Below, in pieces: positions 10,469 to 19,646 of a DNA stretch of 64,000 nucleotides. A program made the translations under genes and the position numbers. Position 1 is the stretch's first letter. Every line of letters begins with the position of its first letter. This DNA comes from Ostreococcus lucimarinus (taxonomy: Eukaryota), in NCBI GenBank assembly GCA_000092065.1, contig CP000591.1; one strand, written 5' to 3'. The notes beneath the pieces are model-generated. The model was not told the origin of the DNA and did no database searches. It was given only the letters and a program-made list of their open reading frames with translations.

Positions 10469-12076
10469 ATGCTGCGACGATGCGCGAAACGCGTCCTCAC
10501 GTCGTCCGCGACGCTCGTCCGCGACGCGCGATCGACGCACGCGCTGGAACCGACGCGAATGATGTTTTCGAGCGTCGCGATCGGGACGCCTCGTAAACTC
10601 GTCACCCCTCGGAAACCGCTCGCGAGGACGCTCGCGCGCGCGTTCGCGACGTCGGGCGAAGAGCAAGACGTCGTCATCGTCGGCGGTGGGCCGGGAGGGT
10701 ACGTCGCCGCGATCAAGGCGGCGCAACTCGGGTTGAAGGTGACGTGCGTCGAGGGACGAGGGACCCTGGGCGGGACGTGCCTGAACGTCGGGTGCATCCC
10801 GAGCAAAGCGCTGCTGAACGCGAGCCACAAGTACGAGGAAGCGAAACATGGGATGGCGAAACACGGAATCACGTTCGGCGGTGAGGTCGCGATCGACGTG
10901 GAGACGATGATGGGACACAAGAGTAAAGCGGTGACGGGGTTGACCAAAGGCATCGAGGGACTGTTCAAGAAGAATAAGGTGACGTACGCGAAAGGGTGGG
11001 GGAAGCTCTTGAGCGCGAACGAAGTGAACGTGACGATGGAGGACGGAAGCTCGGAGGTGATTAAGACGAAGAATGTGGTGCTGGCGACTGGGTCGGTGCC
11101 GAGCGCGTTGCCGGGGGTGGATGCGGATGAGGAAACCATCGTCACGAGCACGGGGGCGCTGGAATTGAAAAAGGTTCCGGAAACCATGGTTGTTATCGGA
11201 GGCGGGGTCATCGGACTCGAACTTGGCAGCGTGTGGAGCCGATTGGGGGCGAAAGTCACCGTGGTGGAATTTGCGGATAAAATTTGCGGCGCAGGGATCG
11301 ACGACGAGATTCGCACGACGTTTCAGCGCTCGCTCAAGAAGCAAGGATTCAACTTTAAGTTATCCACTAAAGTCACCAAGGCGGTCAAGAAACCGGAAGG
11401 TGGAGTCACTTTGACCCTCGAACCGTCCGCGGGCGGTGAGCAAACCGAACTCGAGGCTGATATCGTGCTCGTGTCCACCGGGCGCCGTCCGTTCACCGAC
11501 GGTCTCGGATTGGAAGACGTCGGCGTGGAGACGAACAGGATGGGTCAAATTGTCATTGAACCGCACACTTTCAAGACCAACGTCCCGGGCGTGTTCGCGA
11601 TCGGTGACATCGTCGCGGGTCCGATGCTGGCGCACAAGGCTGAAGAAGAAGGCGTCTCCGTCGTCGAGCAAATCGCCGGTAAAAAGGGACACGTCAACTA
11701 CGACACGATCCCCTCCGTCATTTACACCCACCCCGAAGTCGCTTGGGTCGGGAAGACTGAGGCGGAAGTCAAAGAAATGGGCATCGAATACATCGTCGGT
11801 AAGTTTCCGCTCGCCGCCAACTCTCGCGCGCGGGCCAACGACGATTCTGAAGGCGTGGTGAAATTCCTCACCGACAAGGCCACCGGGAAGATTCTCGGCG
11901 CGCACATCGTTTCCGGCGGTGCCGGTGAACTTCTCGCCGAGTGCGTGCTCGCCATGGAGTACGGCGCTACGGCTGAAGACATCGCGCGCACGTGCCACTC
12001 GCACCCGACGGTTTCTGAGGCTGTCAAGGAAGCCGCGATGGCCGCGACGCCGGGAATGGGTTCCATTCACTTTTAA
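10469..12076 (+). CDS. LPD: dihydrolipoamide dehydrogenase (E3 of the pyruvate, 2-oxoglutarate and glycine-cleavage complexes), mitochondrial precursor
   Basis: Has the FAD-binding GGGPGGY motif, the redox-active disulfide GTCLNVGCIPSK, an NAD-binding site and the C-terminal HAHPT(V)SE. The N-terminus is a presequence MLRRCAKRVLTSSATLVRDARS. Confidence 0.95.
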   Translation: MLRRCAKRVLTSSATLVRDARSTHALEPTRMMFSSVAIGTPRKLVTPRKPLARTLARAFATSGEEQDVVIVGGGPGGYVAAIKAAQLGLKVTCVEGRGTLGGTCLNVGCIPSKALLNASHKYEEAKHGMAKHGITFGGEVAIDVETMMGHKSKAVTGLTKGIEGLFKKNKVTYAKGWGKLLSANEVNVTMEDGSSEVIKTKNVVLATGSVPSALPGVDADEETIVTSTGALELKKVPETMVVIGGGVIGLELGSVWSRLGAKVTVVEFADKICGAGIDDEIRTTFQRSLKKQGFNFKLSTKVTKAVKKPEGGVTLTLEPSAGGEQTELEADIVLVSTGRRPFTDGLGLEDVGVETNRMGQIVIEPHTFKTNVPGVFAIGDIVAGPMLAHKAEEEGVSVVEQIAGKKGHVNYDTIPSVIYTHPEVAWVGKTEAEVKEMGIEYIVGKFPLAANSRARANDDSEGVVKFLTDKATGKILGAHIVSGGAGELLAECVLAMEYGATAEDIARTCHSHPTVSEAVKEAAMAATPGMGSIHF

Positions 12077-12126
12077 ACTCGCAGCGCTGCTTCATGTACA
12101 GTTTTAAGAACAAACAAATCTACTGA

Positions 12127-12936
12127 CTACATCCCAAACGCGTCCGTCTTCGCGCGCTGAATCTGAAACGCCGGCGACACCCACGCGCCGCACGAGCACT
12201 GAATCCCCGCCCAGTCAAACGCGCCGATTTTCGTCTCGCATTGCGGGCAGCACAATTTCCCGCGCGTCTCGCCGCCGTCGCCATCTTCGATGCCTTTCAT
12301 CCAGCTCAATGGCGTGAGAAACATCGACGAGCACTGCCTCGCACCCGCACAATCTCTATTTATGCCTTTTGAGCCTTCCTTACGTCGTGCTTTCCAACTA
12401 AACGCGTCGATGCCTTCGCCGTGTTCGTGACACAACACGTGCGTCGACCGCGCCAGCCGGCGTCGACATTTGCGACACGCGAGCCAACCGCCTCCCTCGG
12501 GATCGTCCACCGCATCCGCCGCTCCGGGGTCACGCATCACGCTCGTCGATTCCAAGTACCCGCGCTCGTCGCGTTCGCGCGCGACTTTCGCCACGGACCA
12601 CAATTTATACGCCTCGTTCGCCGTCGACACGCGACACCCCATTTGCGCCCACAACGACAACTGCGCCTGAAATCCCTCGTTAGGTGCCCCCCCGCGCGCT
12701 TCCACGCTCGCCATCGCCTGTTCTATTTCTAATTGTTCAAAGCGCATTAAATACGCCGCGACGACGGCTGCCGAGCGCGACTCGCCCGCGTGACAGTGCA
12801 CGGCGACGACGCTCGAGCTCGCGCTCGCGAGCGCCGTTTCAATAAAAGTCGTCGCCTCGGGCACGACGCCCAAGAGATCGGCCAGGTCATCGTCGGGAAG
12901 CGGCACGACGAGCGTGCGCGACGCGTCGATGCGTCC
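12127..12936 (-). CDS. DUSP12: DUSP12/YVH1-type dual-specificity phosphatase, exon 2 (phosphatase P-loop plus C-terminal zinc-binding domain)
   Basis: Contains the active site VHCHAGESRSAAVV followed by the zinc domain CRKCRRRL ... CPQCETKIGAFDW ... CSCGAWVSPAFQI, as in hYVH1. Exon 2 begins right after a CAG acceptor at 12937; the track's TTG start at 12948 lies in the intron. Confidence 0.85.
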   Translation of the reverse strand, partial: GRIDASRTLVVPLPDDDLADLLGVVPEATTFIETALASASSSVVAVHCHAGESRSAAVVAAYLMRFEQLEIEQAMASVEARGGAPNEGFQAQLSLWAQMGCRVSTANEAYKLWSVAKVARERDERGYLESTSVMRDPGAADAVDDPEGGGWLACRKCRRRLARSTHVLCHEHGEGIDAFSWKARRKEGSKGINRDCAGARQCSSMFLTPLSWMKGIEDGDGGETRGKLCCPQCETKIGAFDWAGIQCSCGAWVSPAFQIQRAKTDAFGM

Positions 12937-13000
12937 CTGGCGGCGCAAAACCCGTCGCGCGTCAGTCGAGAGCTTCGGGACAAAAAGTGTACTTTCGCAC

Positions 13001-13126
13001 CTGCGTCGGGTCTTCGGGCGGCGGCCAGCCGATGGAGACGACGTGGGTCACACTCTGCGCGTCGCATATCGATGGGAGATCATGCTCGGCGCAGAAGATC
13101 AAGCGCGCCGGGTGGACGGACGACAT
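13001..13126 (-). CDS. DUSP12: DUSP12, exon 1 (42 codons) joined to exon 2 through a 64-bp GT-AG intron (13000..12937)
   Basis: My reverse-strand translation from the ATG at 13126 gives MSSVHPARLIFCAEHDLPSICDAQSVTHVVSIGWPPPEDPTQ, then a GTGCGA donor, CGACTGACGCG about 25 nt before CCAG, and an in-frame continuation GRIDASRTLVVPLPDDDLADLL. This matches the N-terminus of the DUSP phosphatase fold. Confidence 0.7.
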
Positions 13127-13221
13127 GATGTGCGGTGACGCGACGCGTGACGCTCGTTGAGGCTAAACGGTTGTTGAGCTTTTAGAGTCGCGGCGCGCTG
13201 CGCGCTGAAATTATCATTATA

Positions 13222-14592
13222 TCACGCGAGACTGGCGGTTTTGTTGTGGAATTCGGCGAGCAGCTTTTCGCGCCCGCATTCGATGGCCGCATCCATGGCT
13301 TCGCGCTCGCGTCGAGAGGCGTCGAGTTCGCGGCGCTCGAGCTCGAGCCGAGCTTCGCGCTCGGCGAATTTTTCTTCCGCCAAACGACGCACCTCTCTGG
13401 AGTGTTCGAGAAGTTTCATGCGGCGCTTTTGTGCGCTCAGTTGCTCCACGCGATCGTCTTCAGCGAGCTTTGCGGCGAGATCTCGCTGAAATTGTTTCTT
13501 TTCTTCCAAAGCTTGAGCCTCTCTCGCTTCTCGCGCGGCGACGGCGGCTTCGTATTCGCGACGCTGCTCATCGCGTCTTCGCGCAGCATTTTCGCGCTCT
13601 TCGGCTTCTTTCACGCGACACGCCTCTTCAAATTCTTCAAATCGCAATCGCGAAATCAGTTCGTCAAAGTCTGCGCGCTCTTGCGCGGCGCGCGTCTGCG
13701 AAGTCTCGACGGAAACGCGAGCGCGTTCTTTACGCTTCTCTTCTTTACGCTTCTCTTCTTCCTCTTTCGCCTCTCGCCGCGCCACCATCTCATCGTGTCG
13801 CATGATTTGCTCTTCCAACGCCTTCACCGCCTCAGCTTCGCGCGCGACTCGCGCTCGTTTCTCCTCCAGCGCCTTCGCCGCGTCGCGTTTCGCGCACTCT
13901 CTTCTCGCGATGGCTTCTCGTCTTTCCTCTTCATCTTCCGCCTCAATCTTTTTCACTAACTGCGCCATCTTCCGTCGCTCGTCCTCCTTCTCCATCGCTC
14001 GTTTGCTCATGCGAAGCGCCCGCTCCGCGTGCTGCGCGTCGAGCGCCTCGCGCGCCGCGATTTTCTTTGCCAACTTTGCCGCTCTCTCTCTCTCATCGCG
14101 CGCCACCCCTTCCAATCTCTCGCGTTCCATCTCCGCATCCAGCGCGCGCTGCCGCTCCATCTCCAACTTTTCCAACGCTTTCTTCTCCTCGATCTGGTTA
14201 TTTCGAATCGCGTGCGTCTCCATCGCCGACAGCCTCGCTCGCAGCGCTCGCATCGCGTCCGTCTCCAGCGCGCGCGCCGCCGTCGACGCCTCTCGACTCG
14301 CCCGCCGTTCCTCGTTCGCCTTCGCCCTCGACGCTCGCTCCAGCGTCGACGCCCGTCGCATCGTATCGTCTCGCGCGCCGTCTCGACCGCCTTCCGTCGC
14401 GTCGCCGCGCGTCGCCGCCGTCGTCGCGCGCGCCGCGTCGTCACCAAACTCGGCGTCGAGCGCCTCCAATCGTCTCTGCAGCGCCTCCTCCCGCGTCCCG
14501 CGTCGCAGCGCCTCGCGCACGTCGCGATTCCATCGCTCGCGCTCTCGAGCCTCGAGCTGTCGCGCCTCGCGCTCGCGCGCCAGCGCGCGCAT
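13222..14592 (-). CDS. Glu/Arg/Lys-rich coiled-coil protein, trichoplein/MNS1/CFAP-type (possible flagellar or centriolar TPH-domain protein)
   Basis: 455 aa that are almost entirely heptad-like E/R/K/A coiled coil (for example EEKRKEEKRKERARV). ATG at 14592. The family call rests on composition only. Confidence 0.35.
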   Translation of the reverse strand: MRALAREREARQLEARERERWNRDVREALRRGTREEALQRRLEALDAEFGDDAARATTAATRGDATEGGRDGARDDTMRRASTLERASRAKANEERRASREASTAARALETDAMRALRARLSAMETHAIRNNQIEEKKALEKLEMERQRALDAEMERERLEGVARDERERAAKLAKKIAAREALDAQHAERALRMSKRAMEKEDERRKMAQLVKKIEAEDEEERREAIARRECAKRDAAKALEEKRARVAREAEAVKALEEQIMRHDEMVARREAKEEEEKRKEEKRKERARVSVETSQTRAAQERADFDELISRLRFEEFEEACRVKEAEERENAARRRDEQRREYEAAVAAREAREAQALEEKKQFQRDLAAKLAEDDRVEQLSAQKRRMKLLEHSREVRRLAEEKFAEREARLELERRELDASRREREAMDAAIECGREKLLAEFHNKTASLA

Positions 14593-15205
14593 CGCGTCGC
14601 GTCGCTTCGCGCTGTGACGATTTATGTCGCGCTCAACGCTAATTTTAGCGCGCGCTATAAATATCGCGCGACGCGACGCGCGTCGATCGACGCGCGCGCG
14701 AGATCCGAGATCGCGTTGTTACCGTTCGCATTACACCCGTCGCCGTCGCCCTCGCGCGCTCGAGCGCTCGCCCTCGCGCGCGCTCGACCCTCGCCGACCC
14801 TCGCCGACCCTCGTCGCGATCGCTCGATCGCCGCGCGCGTCGCGCCGCGCCGCCCTCGCGCGCGTCGCGCCGCGCCCATCGACGTCGCGCGTCACGCCGC
14901 GTCCGATCTCGCGCCCTTGGCGCGTCGCGCCTTGTCCGCGGCGACGTAGACGGCGAACGCGCCGGCGCCGAGCGCGAGCCCCGGGAACGCGCGCGACCAC
15001 GGTTTGTTCAGCAGCGGGTGCGCGCGCCACGCGTCGGCGCGCGCGAACGGGTTCGACGTCGGCATCGCGCGCGTTCGCGCGCGGTCGCGAGAGGCGGCAG
15101 CGCGCGCGTGTGACGCGCGCGCGAAGCGTCACCGTTTCGAATTCGACTCGACTCGACAGCGCGGCGCGCGACGTCGCGTCGACCGCGCGCGCGTCGTGCG
15201 CGACG

Positions 15206-16297
15206 ATGCCGCCGCGGCGCGACGCGCCGCTCGAGGCGTGCGAGGCGTGCTCGACGGACGACGAGGACGCGCTGCGAGCGACGCTCGCGACGACGCCGTG
15301 CACGATCGTGGACGCGCGCGGGAACACGCTCCTGCACCTGTGCTGCGCGAACGACGCGCTGCGATGCGCGAAATTAGTCGTGTCGCGGTGCGTGTTCGCG
15401 TCGACGCCGCCGGAGCGGGCGTACCTGACGCTGAGGAACTCGGACGGGGAGACGGCGGCGGATGTCGCGGAGGCGTGCGGGAGCGCGAGGTGCGCGGAGT
15501 GGTTGGCGAAGATGACGGGCGCGGAACGCGTCGCGACGAACGATGCGCGACGAAAAGACGTGGGGAAGGGCGAGAGGCGACGCGCGGACGACGAACGGCG
15601 ACGAAAGAGGTCGGGAGATGGGGAGACGGAGGCGACGACGCGCGCGCGGGAATCGTTGGTGCGGTCGATTCGAGAGGCGCTGAATATCGGGCCAGGGGAC
15701 GACGGCGACGAGCGGGCGGCGGTGCGGCAGGTGTTGAGGGAGGTTTTGAATCTCGTGAGCGATCGCGAGAGCGCGCGAAGGGAGTTGGAGGAGGCGCATC
15801 GAAAGATTGAAGCGATGGAACGAGACGCGGAGCGGGAACGCGCAAACGTCGTCGAGGCGCTGGGGATGGCGGAGAAGCGGGCGAAGGAGATGATTTCGGA
15901 GCGCGAAGCGCGCGAAAAGGACATCTGCGCGGAGAAAACGGCGCTGAGTGAGGCCCTGAACGCGACTGGGGCGGAGTACGAAGCGGGATACGCGAAGGGG
16001 TGGGCGGACGCGTTGCAGCTGCCGAGTCGCGAATACGTTCGCGCGCAGATGAAGCTCGAGAAGAGCGCTTCCGCGAGCAGCGCGTCGGAGAGCGCGACGC
16101 CGGCGCTGGCGACGGATGATGCGTGCGAAGCGTTCGCGGACGTATCGCTCGATGGTTCCGCGTCCATCGCGTCGCGCGTGACCAACGTTTTTAAGGAAAC
16201 ATTCGTCGGCGTGAAGAAGCGCGTAGATGAGCTAGAAAAGTCGCTCACGGGGAGCGCCGAGAAGAAGAATCCTCCGCGCGCGTCGCCGTCGTCGTGA
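15206..16297 (+). CDS. ankyrin-repeat plus coiled-coil protein
   Basis: After the ATG at 15206 come two ankyrin-like repeats (GNTLLHLCCANDALRCAKLVV ... DGETAADVAEACGSARCAEWL) and then a coiled-coil C-terminal half. The track ORF from 14624 is an upstream Arg-rich extension. Confidence 0.55.
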   Translation: MPPRRDAPLEACEACSTDDEDALRATLATTPCTIVDARGNTLLHLCCANDALRCAKLVVSRCVFASTPPERAYLTLRNSDGETAADVAEACGSARCAEWLAKMTGAERVATNDARRKDVGKGERRRADDERRRKRSGDGETEATTRARESLVRSIREALNIGPGDDGDERAAVRQVLREVLNLVSDRESARRELEEAHRKIEAMERDAERERANVVEALGMAEKRAKEMISEREAREKDICAEKTALSEALNATGAEYEAGYAKGWADALQLPSREYVRAQMKLEKSASASSASESATPALATDDACEAFADVSLDGSASIASRVTNVFKETFVGVKKRVDELEKSLTGSAEKKNPPRASPSS

Positions 16298-16345
16298 GCT
16301 GATTCGAATCGCTCACCGGTTGTACTGTGTTGTAATTCGTATGTA
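16298..16345. terminator. 48-bp AT-richer spacer shared by two convergent genes (ankyrin gene + strand, DPH7 - strand), with TGTAA-type candidate polyadenylation signals on both strands
   Basis: gctgattcgaatcgctcaccggttgtactgtgttgtaattcgtatgtattaaacg contains TGTAA/TGTAT motifs and is the only AT-rich stretch locally. The same pattern occurs at 418-488, 12077-12126, 19567-19646, 24105-24168 and 27655-27697. Confidence 0.4.
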
Positions 16346-17458
16346 TTAAACGTGCCAGCACCGCACGCTCTTGTCGTAAAAGCTACACGTCACGAGGACG
16401 TCTGACGAATCGTCGTCGCCGTCTAATTGCACCCAATCCGCGCCGTAAACTATCGACTCGTGTTCATCGTACGTAAATACCTCCTTGAGTGCGCCGCTGG
16501 CGTCGTCGACGTCGACGAGCACGGCGCCACCGCCCATGGCGGCGCACGCGAGCGCGTTTCGCGTCGGATGCCATCGACATCGCCACGCGCCGCCGCCGAC
16601 GTTCAGCTCGCTCACGGGGGATTTCATCGACCTGACGTCCCACAACCGCACGTGATCGTCGTAAGATCCCGTGACGACGGTATTTTCATCTCGCGGCGAC
16701 GGCACGACGCACGTCACGCCGGCGCAGTGCGTCTTACGATTGACCATTTGCGCCCTCGACGCGTCGCGCAAATCCCAAGCCTTGAAAGCGCAATCATCCG
16801 CGCCCGTGTACAGCACGTCCGCGCGAGTCGCGTCGAACGCGATCGCCCACATCTCTAAATCGTGTGCACCCTCGACGGTATCCACGATCTCGATCGCAGA
16901 CGCGTCCTCGCGCATCACTCGAAAACTCCCATCGGCGGCGCTCGCCGCGAGCGCGCCGTCGGATCGCCAATCCAAACACGTCGCCATCCCGAGCCCACCG
17001 CCGCCGCAGTGCACTTTCGCGAGCGTCTGAAACTCAATTCTCCACCCCGCGTCCTCGCCGTCGCTCTCTCGACTCCCCTCGACGTCCTCCGCGCGCGCCA
17101 GCGTCAAAAACCCGTCGGCGTCCGCGAACGCGCACCGATTCCAATCCCCCTCGCGCGCGCTCCAGCGCGCCTCGAAAACCGCCCCGATCGCGTTCGACGC
17201 GTCATCGTCCGCGTACCGCCCCACCTGTCGCGCGCGAACGACGGCGCCGCCATCGTCGTCCGTCGCGCGCTCGACGCCGTACGCCCTCGCGCCGCCCACC
17301 CGTCGCCCTCTCGACGCCTCGTGTTCGTATTCCGTCACCAGCACCACCCCCCGGCGCGCCCCTCCGCGCGCGCGACGACTCTCCACCCCGCACGCGCCGT
17401 GATTCGTGCGCAGCGCCGCGTGCGTCGTCGCCCGACGGCGATCTTCCGTCTCGACCAT
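16346..17458 (-). CDS. DPH7: diphthine methylester methylesterase DPH7/WDR85 (WD40)
   Basis: Shares blocks with human DPH7: YTGADDCAFKAWDLR ... VTGSYDDHVRLWDVRSMKSPV ... GGAWRCRWHP ... SIVYGADW ... LVTCSFYD. Start placed at MVETEDRR. Confidence 0.8.
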   Translation of the reverse strand: MVETEDRRRATTHAALRTNHGACGVESRRARGGARRGVVLVTEYEHEASRGRRVGGARAYGVERATDDDGGAVVRARQVGRYADDDASNAIGAVFEARWSAREGDWNRCAFADADGFLTLARAEDVEGSRESDGEDAGWRIEFQTLAKVHCGGGGLGMATCLDWRSDGALAASAADGSFRVMREDASAIEIVDTVEGAHDLEMWAIAFDATRADVLYTGADDCAFKAWDLRDASRAQMVNRKTHCAGVTCVVPSPRDENTVVTGSYDDHVRLWDVRSMKSPVSELNVGGGAWRCRWHPTRNALACAAMGGGAVLVDVDDASGALKEVFTYDEHESIVYGADWVQLDGDDDSSDVLVTCSFYDKSVRCWHV

Positions 17459-17840
17459 TCGCGCCTCACCGCGCCTTCGCGCCCCTCCGCGCGCGCGCTC
17501 TACGCGCTCTCGGCGCCGAAGAGCGCCTGCACGACGTACGTCGAGGCGCGAATAACGCCGCACCAGGCGAGGAGGTACGTCGCGTGACGCTTGAGTTCGT
17601 CGTTTTTCATCGCGCGCGTTGTTGAGTGCGGATGCGCGCGGGCGCGATGTCCCGAGGCGCGCAGAGCGCGACGCGGCGGCGCGCGCGCGGAGAAACGCGC
17701 GCGCGCGAACGGTCGCATCGCGCGCCGTCGTCGCCGCGCGATCGGGCGCGCGGACGCGCGCGTGAGGTCGGCGTCGACGCGGCGTGACGCAAAAGACGGT
17801 TCGTGTCCAGAGCTATTTTTAAGCGAGCGGTTCGACGCGA

Positions 17841-19058
17841 ATGGCGACGCACGTCGGCGCGAACGCGCGCGTCGGAAGCGCGCGCGCGCCGGAGGCTTCG
17901 TATATGAAACCGCTGGCGCGCGCGCGAGGGGAGAGCGGCGAGAGCGGAGGGACGGAGGTCGGCGGCGGCGCGACGCTCGAGCGAGGATGGACGGGCGAAG
18001 CGCCGGCGACGCCGCGGGCGAGCTTCGTTCGGCGACGGGATTCGGCGCCCGTGCATCCGACCGCGGACGACGATGGCATCGATGGCGACGGTGACGGGTT
18101 CGTCGATGGCGAGGACGATGGTGAGGATCGGTCGAGTCGACCGACGCCGTCCGCGCCGCCCGCGCCGAGATCCGCGGGAGCGCGTCGGCGAGCGACGCCC
18201 GACGTCGCCGCGCCGATGTCGTGTCCGGCACCGTTGCCGCCGTGGGCGGACGCACGCGCGAGGCGAAAATTCACACTCGAAGCTTTGCCGAACGACGGCA
18301 CGCACGCGAGATGCCACGTGCTGCGCAAGCGCGGGCCGCTCGGCGTCTTTCCGACGTACGTGCTGTATTTGGACGGACGCGAGACCACGACGGCGACGCT
18401 GGGAGACGCGGTGCCCATCTTGGTCGCGCGAAAGCGTAAAAAGTCGAAGTGCACGCACTACGTCATCGGGGACGACGGCGCCGAGCGTGCGGTGAATGAG
18501 GCGCACGCCAGCTACGTGGGCAAGCTCAAGGCGAATTTCATCGGCACGCACTTCGAGTTGTTAGACTCCGGTGTCAGACCGCGCGCGTGGGGCGCGCCTC
18601 GACATCTCGACGACGAAGCTGACGACGAAGAGCAAGGGCCACCGCGTCGCGCGCTGGCGAACATTCGATACGCCGTCAACGTTCTGGGCGCCGGCGGTCC
18701 GCGCGCGCTCTCCGTGTCGCTCCTCGGCGACGACGTCGATGATCCGAACGCCGTCGCGCACGAGCTCGAAAGCGCGCGCCCGACCTGGAATCCATCCGCG
18801 CAGGCGTACGTCTTAAACTTCAACGGCCGAGTCACGCGTCCGAGCGTGAAAAACTTCCAACTGGTTTCCAGCGGGCTCGCCGCCGCGGGCGCGCCGTCCC
18901 GAGCCGACGCCGAGTCCCGCACTCTCACGCGCGGCGTCTTACAGTTCGGCCGCGTCGATGACGACCTATTCACTCTGGACTTTGCGCATCCCCTGAGCCC
19001 GCTCACCGCCTTCGCCGCGTGTCTCAGCGCGTTTGAATCCAAGTTCGCGCGCGAGTGA
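17841..19058 (+). CDS. Tubby-like protein (TULP C-terminal domain) with a low-complexity acidic N-terminus
   Basis: The C-terminal 260 aa are collinear with the tubby domain: VARKRKKSK ... YVGKLKANFIGTHFELLD ... YVLNFNGRVTRPSVKNFQLV ... FGRVDDDLFTLDFAHPLSPLTAFAACLSAFESKFARE. ATG at 17841; an alternative ATG at 18217 lies just before the domain. Confidence 0.85.
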   Translation: MATHVGANARVGSARAPEASYMKPLARARGESGESGGTEVGGGATLERGWTGEAPATPRASFVRRRDSAPVHPTADDDGIDGDGDGFVDGEDDGEDRSSRPTPSAPPAPRSAGARRRATPDVAAPMSCPAPLPPWADARARRKFTLEALPNDGTHARCHVLRKRGPLGVFPTYVLYLDGRETTTATLGDAVPILVARKRKKSKCTHYVIGDDGAERAVNEAHASYVGKLKANFIGTHFELLDSGVRPRAWGAPRHLDDEADDEEQGPPRRALANIRYAVNVLGAGGPRALSVSLLGDDVDDPNAVAHELESARPTWNPSAQAYVLNFNGRVTRPSVKNFQLVSSGLAAAGAPSRADAESRTLTRGVLQFGRVDDDLFTLDFAHPLSPLTAFAACLSAFESKFARE

Positions 19059-19068
19059 GAGAGCGCTC

Positions 19069-19566
19069 ATGCCGGAGCGTCCCGGGACATCGTTCAATCG
19101 CGCGCGCGCGCCTCCGGATATCGCCGACGCGGTCGCGGTCGAAGACGTCGTGCGCGTGACGTCGTGGCACGACTTCGACGGGGACGCGCGCGTCGCGCGG
19201 TCGACGATCGAGGGCGCTGGATACGGATTGTTCGCGCGGCGGCGGTTAGCGACGGGAGACGTCGTCGAGCGGGCGACGTATTCAGGCGATGTTTTGAGCT
19301 TGGCGGAGGCGTTGAAGCTCGGAGATGACGAGAAAGCGTACGTCATGGCGATGCATTTCAACGTGCACGTAGATGCGAGACGACATTATGGGTATTTGGC
19401 GCGGTACGTCAACGACGCCGAGGGGACGCCGTTTGAGACGAATGTGAAATTCGAAAAAGATGTGGCGCAACGTCGAGCGACGCTGCGCGCGGTGAAAGAC
19501 GTGGAAGTTGGGGAAGAGTTGTTCGCGGCTTACGGACGAGGTTACTGGCGCGCGAAAGTGGGGTAA
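19069..19566 (+). CDS. small SET-domain protein (about 165 aa)
   Basis: SET signatures are present: GAGYGLFA ... YLARYVNDAEG ... NVKF ... VKDVEVGEELFAAYGRGYW. The ATG sits 11 nt after the tubby stop codon and in a different reading frame. Confidence 0.65.
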   Translation: MPERPGTSFNRARAPPDIADAVAVEDVVRVTSWHDFDGDARVARSTIEGAGYGLFARRRLATGDVVERATYSGDVLSLAEALKLGDDEKAYVMAMHFNVHVDARRHYGYLARYVNDAEGTPFETNVKFEKDVAQRRATLRAVKDVEVGEELFAAYGRGYWRAKVG

Positions 19567-19646
19567 TAAATATGAATTCTTTCGATGACAAAACAATCAA
19601 CGCGGCGCTCCTAATAAAATACTAACTCGCGAAAAGCGGGTGAGAT

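Noticed and set aside
12948-12970. Track start (M at 12948) for the phosphatase gene, and the upstream in-frame stop
   Set aside because: The M is a TTG inside the 64-bp intron. The true N-terminus is the separate exon at 13001-13126.
14731-16248. 505-aa minus-strand ORF antisense to the ankyrin/coiled-coil gene
   Set aside because: Ser/Arg/Ala low-complexity, and wrong third-position bias relative to the plus-strand gene.
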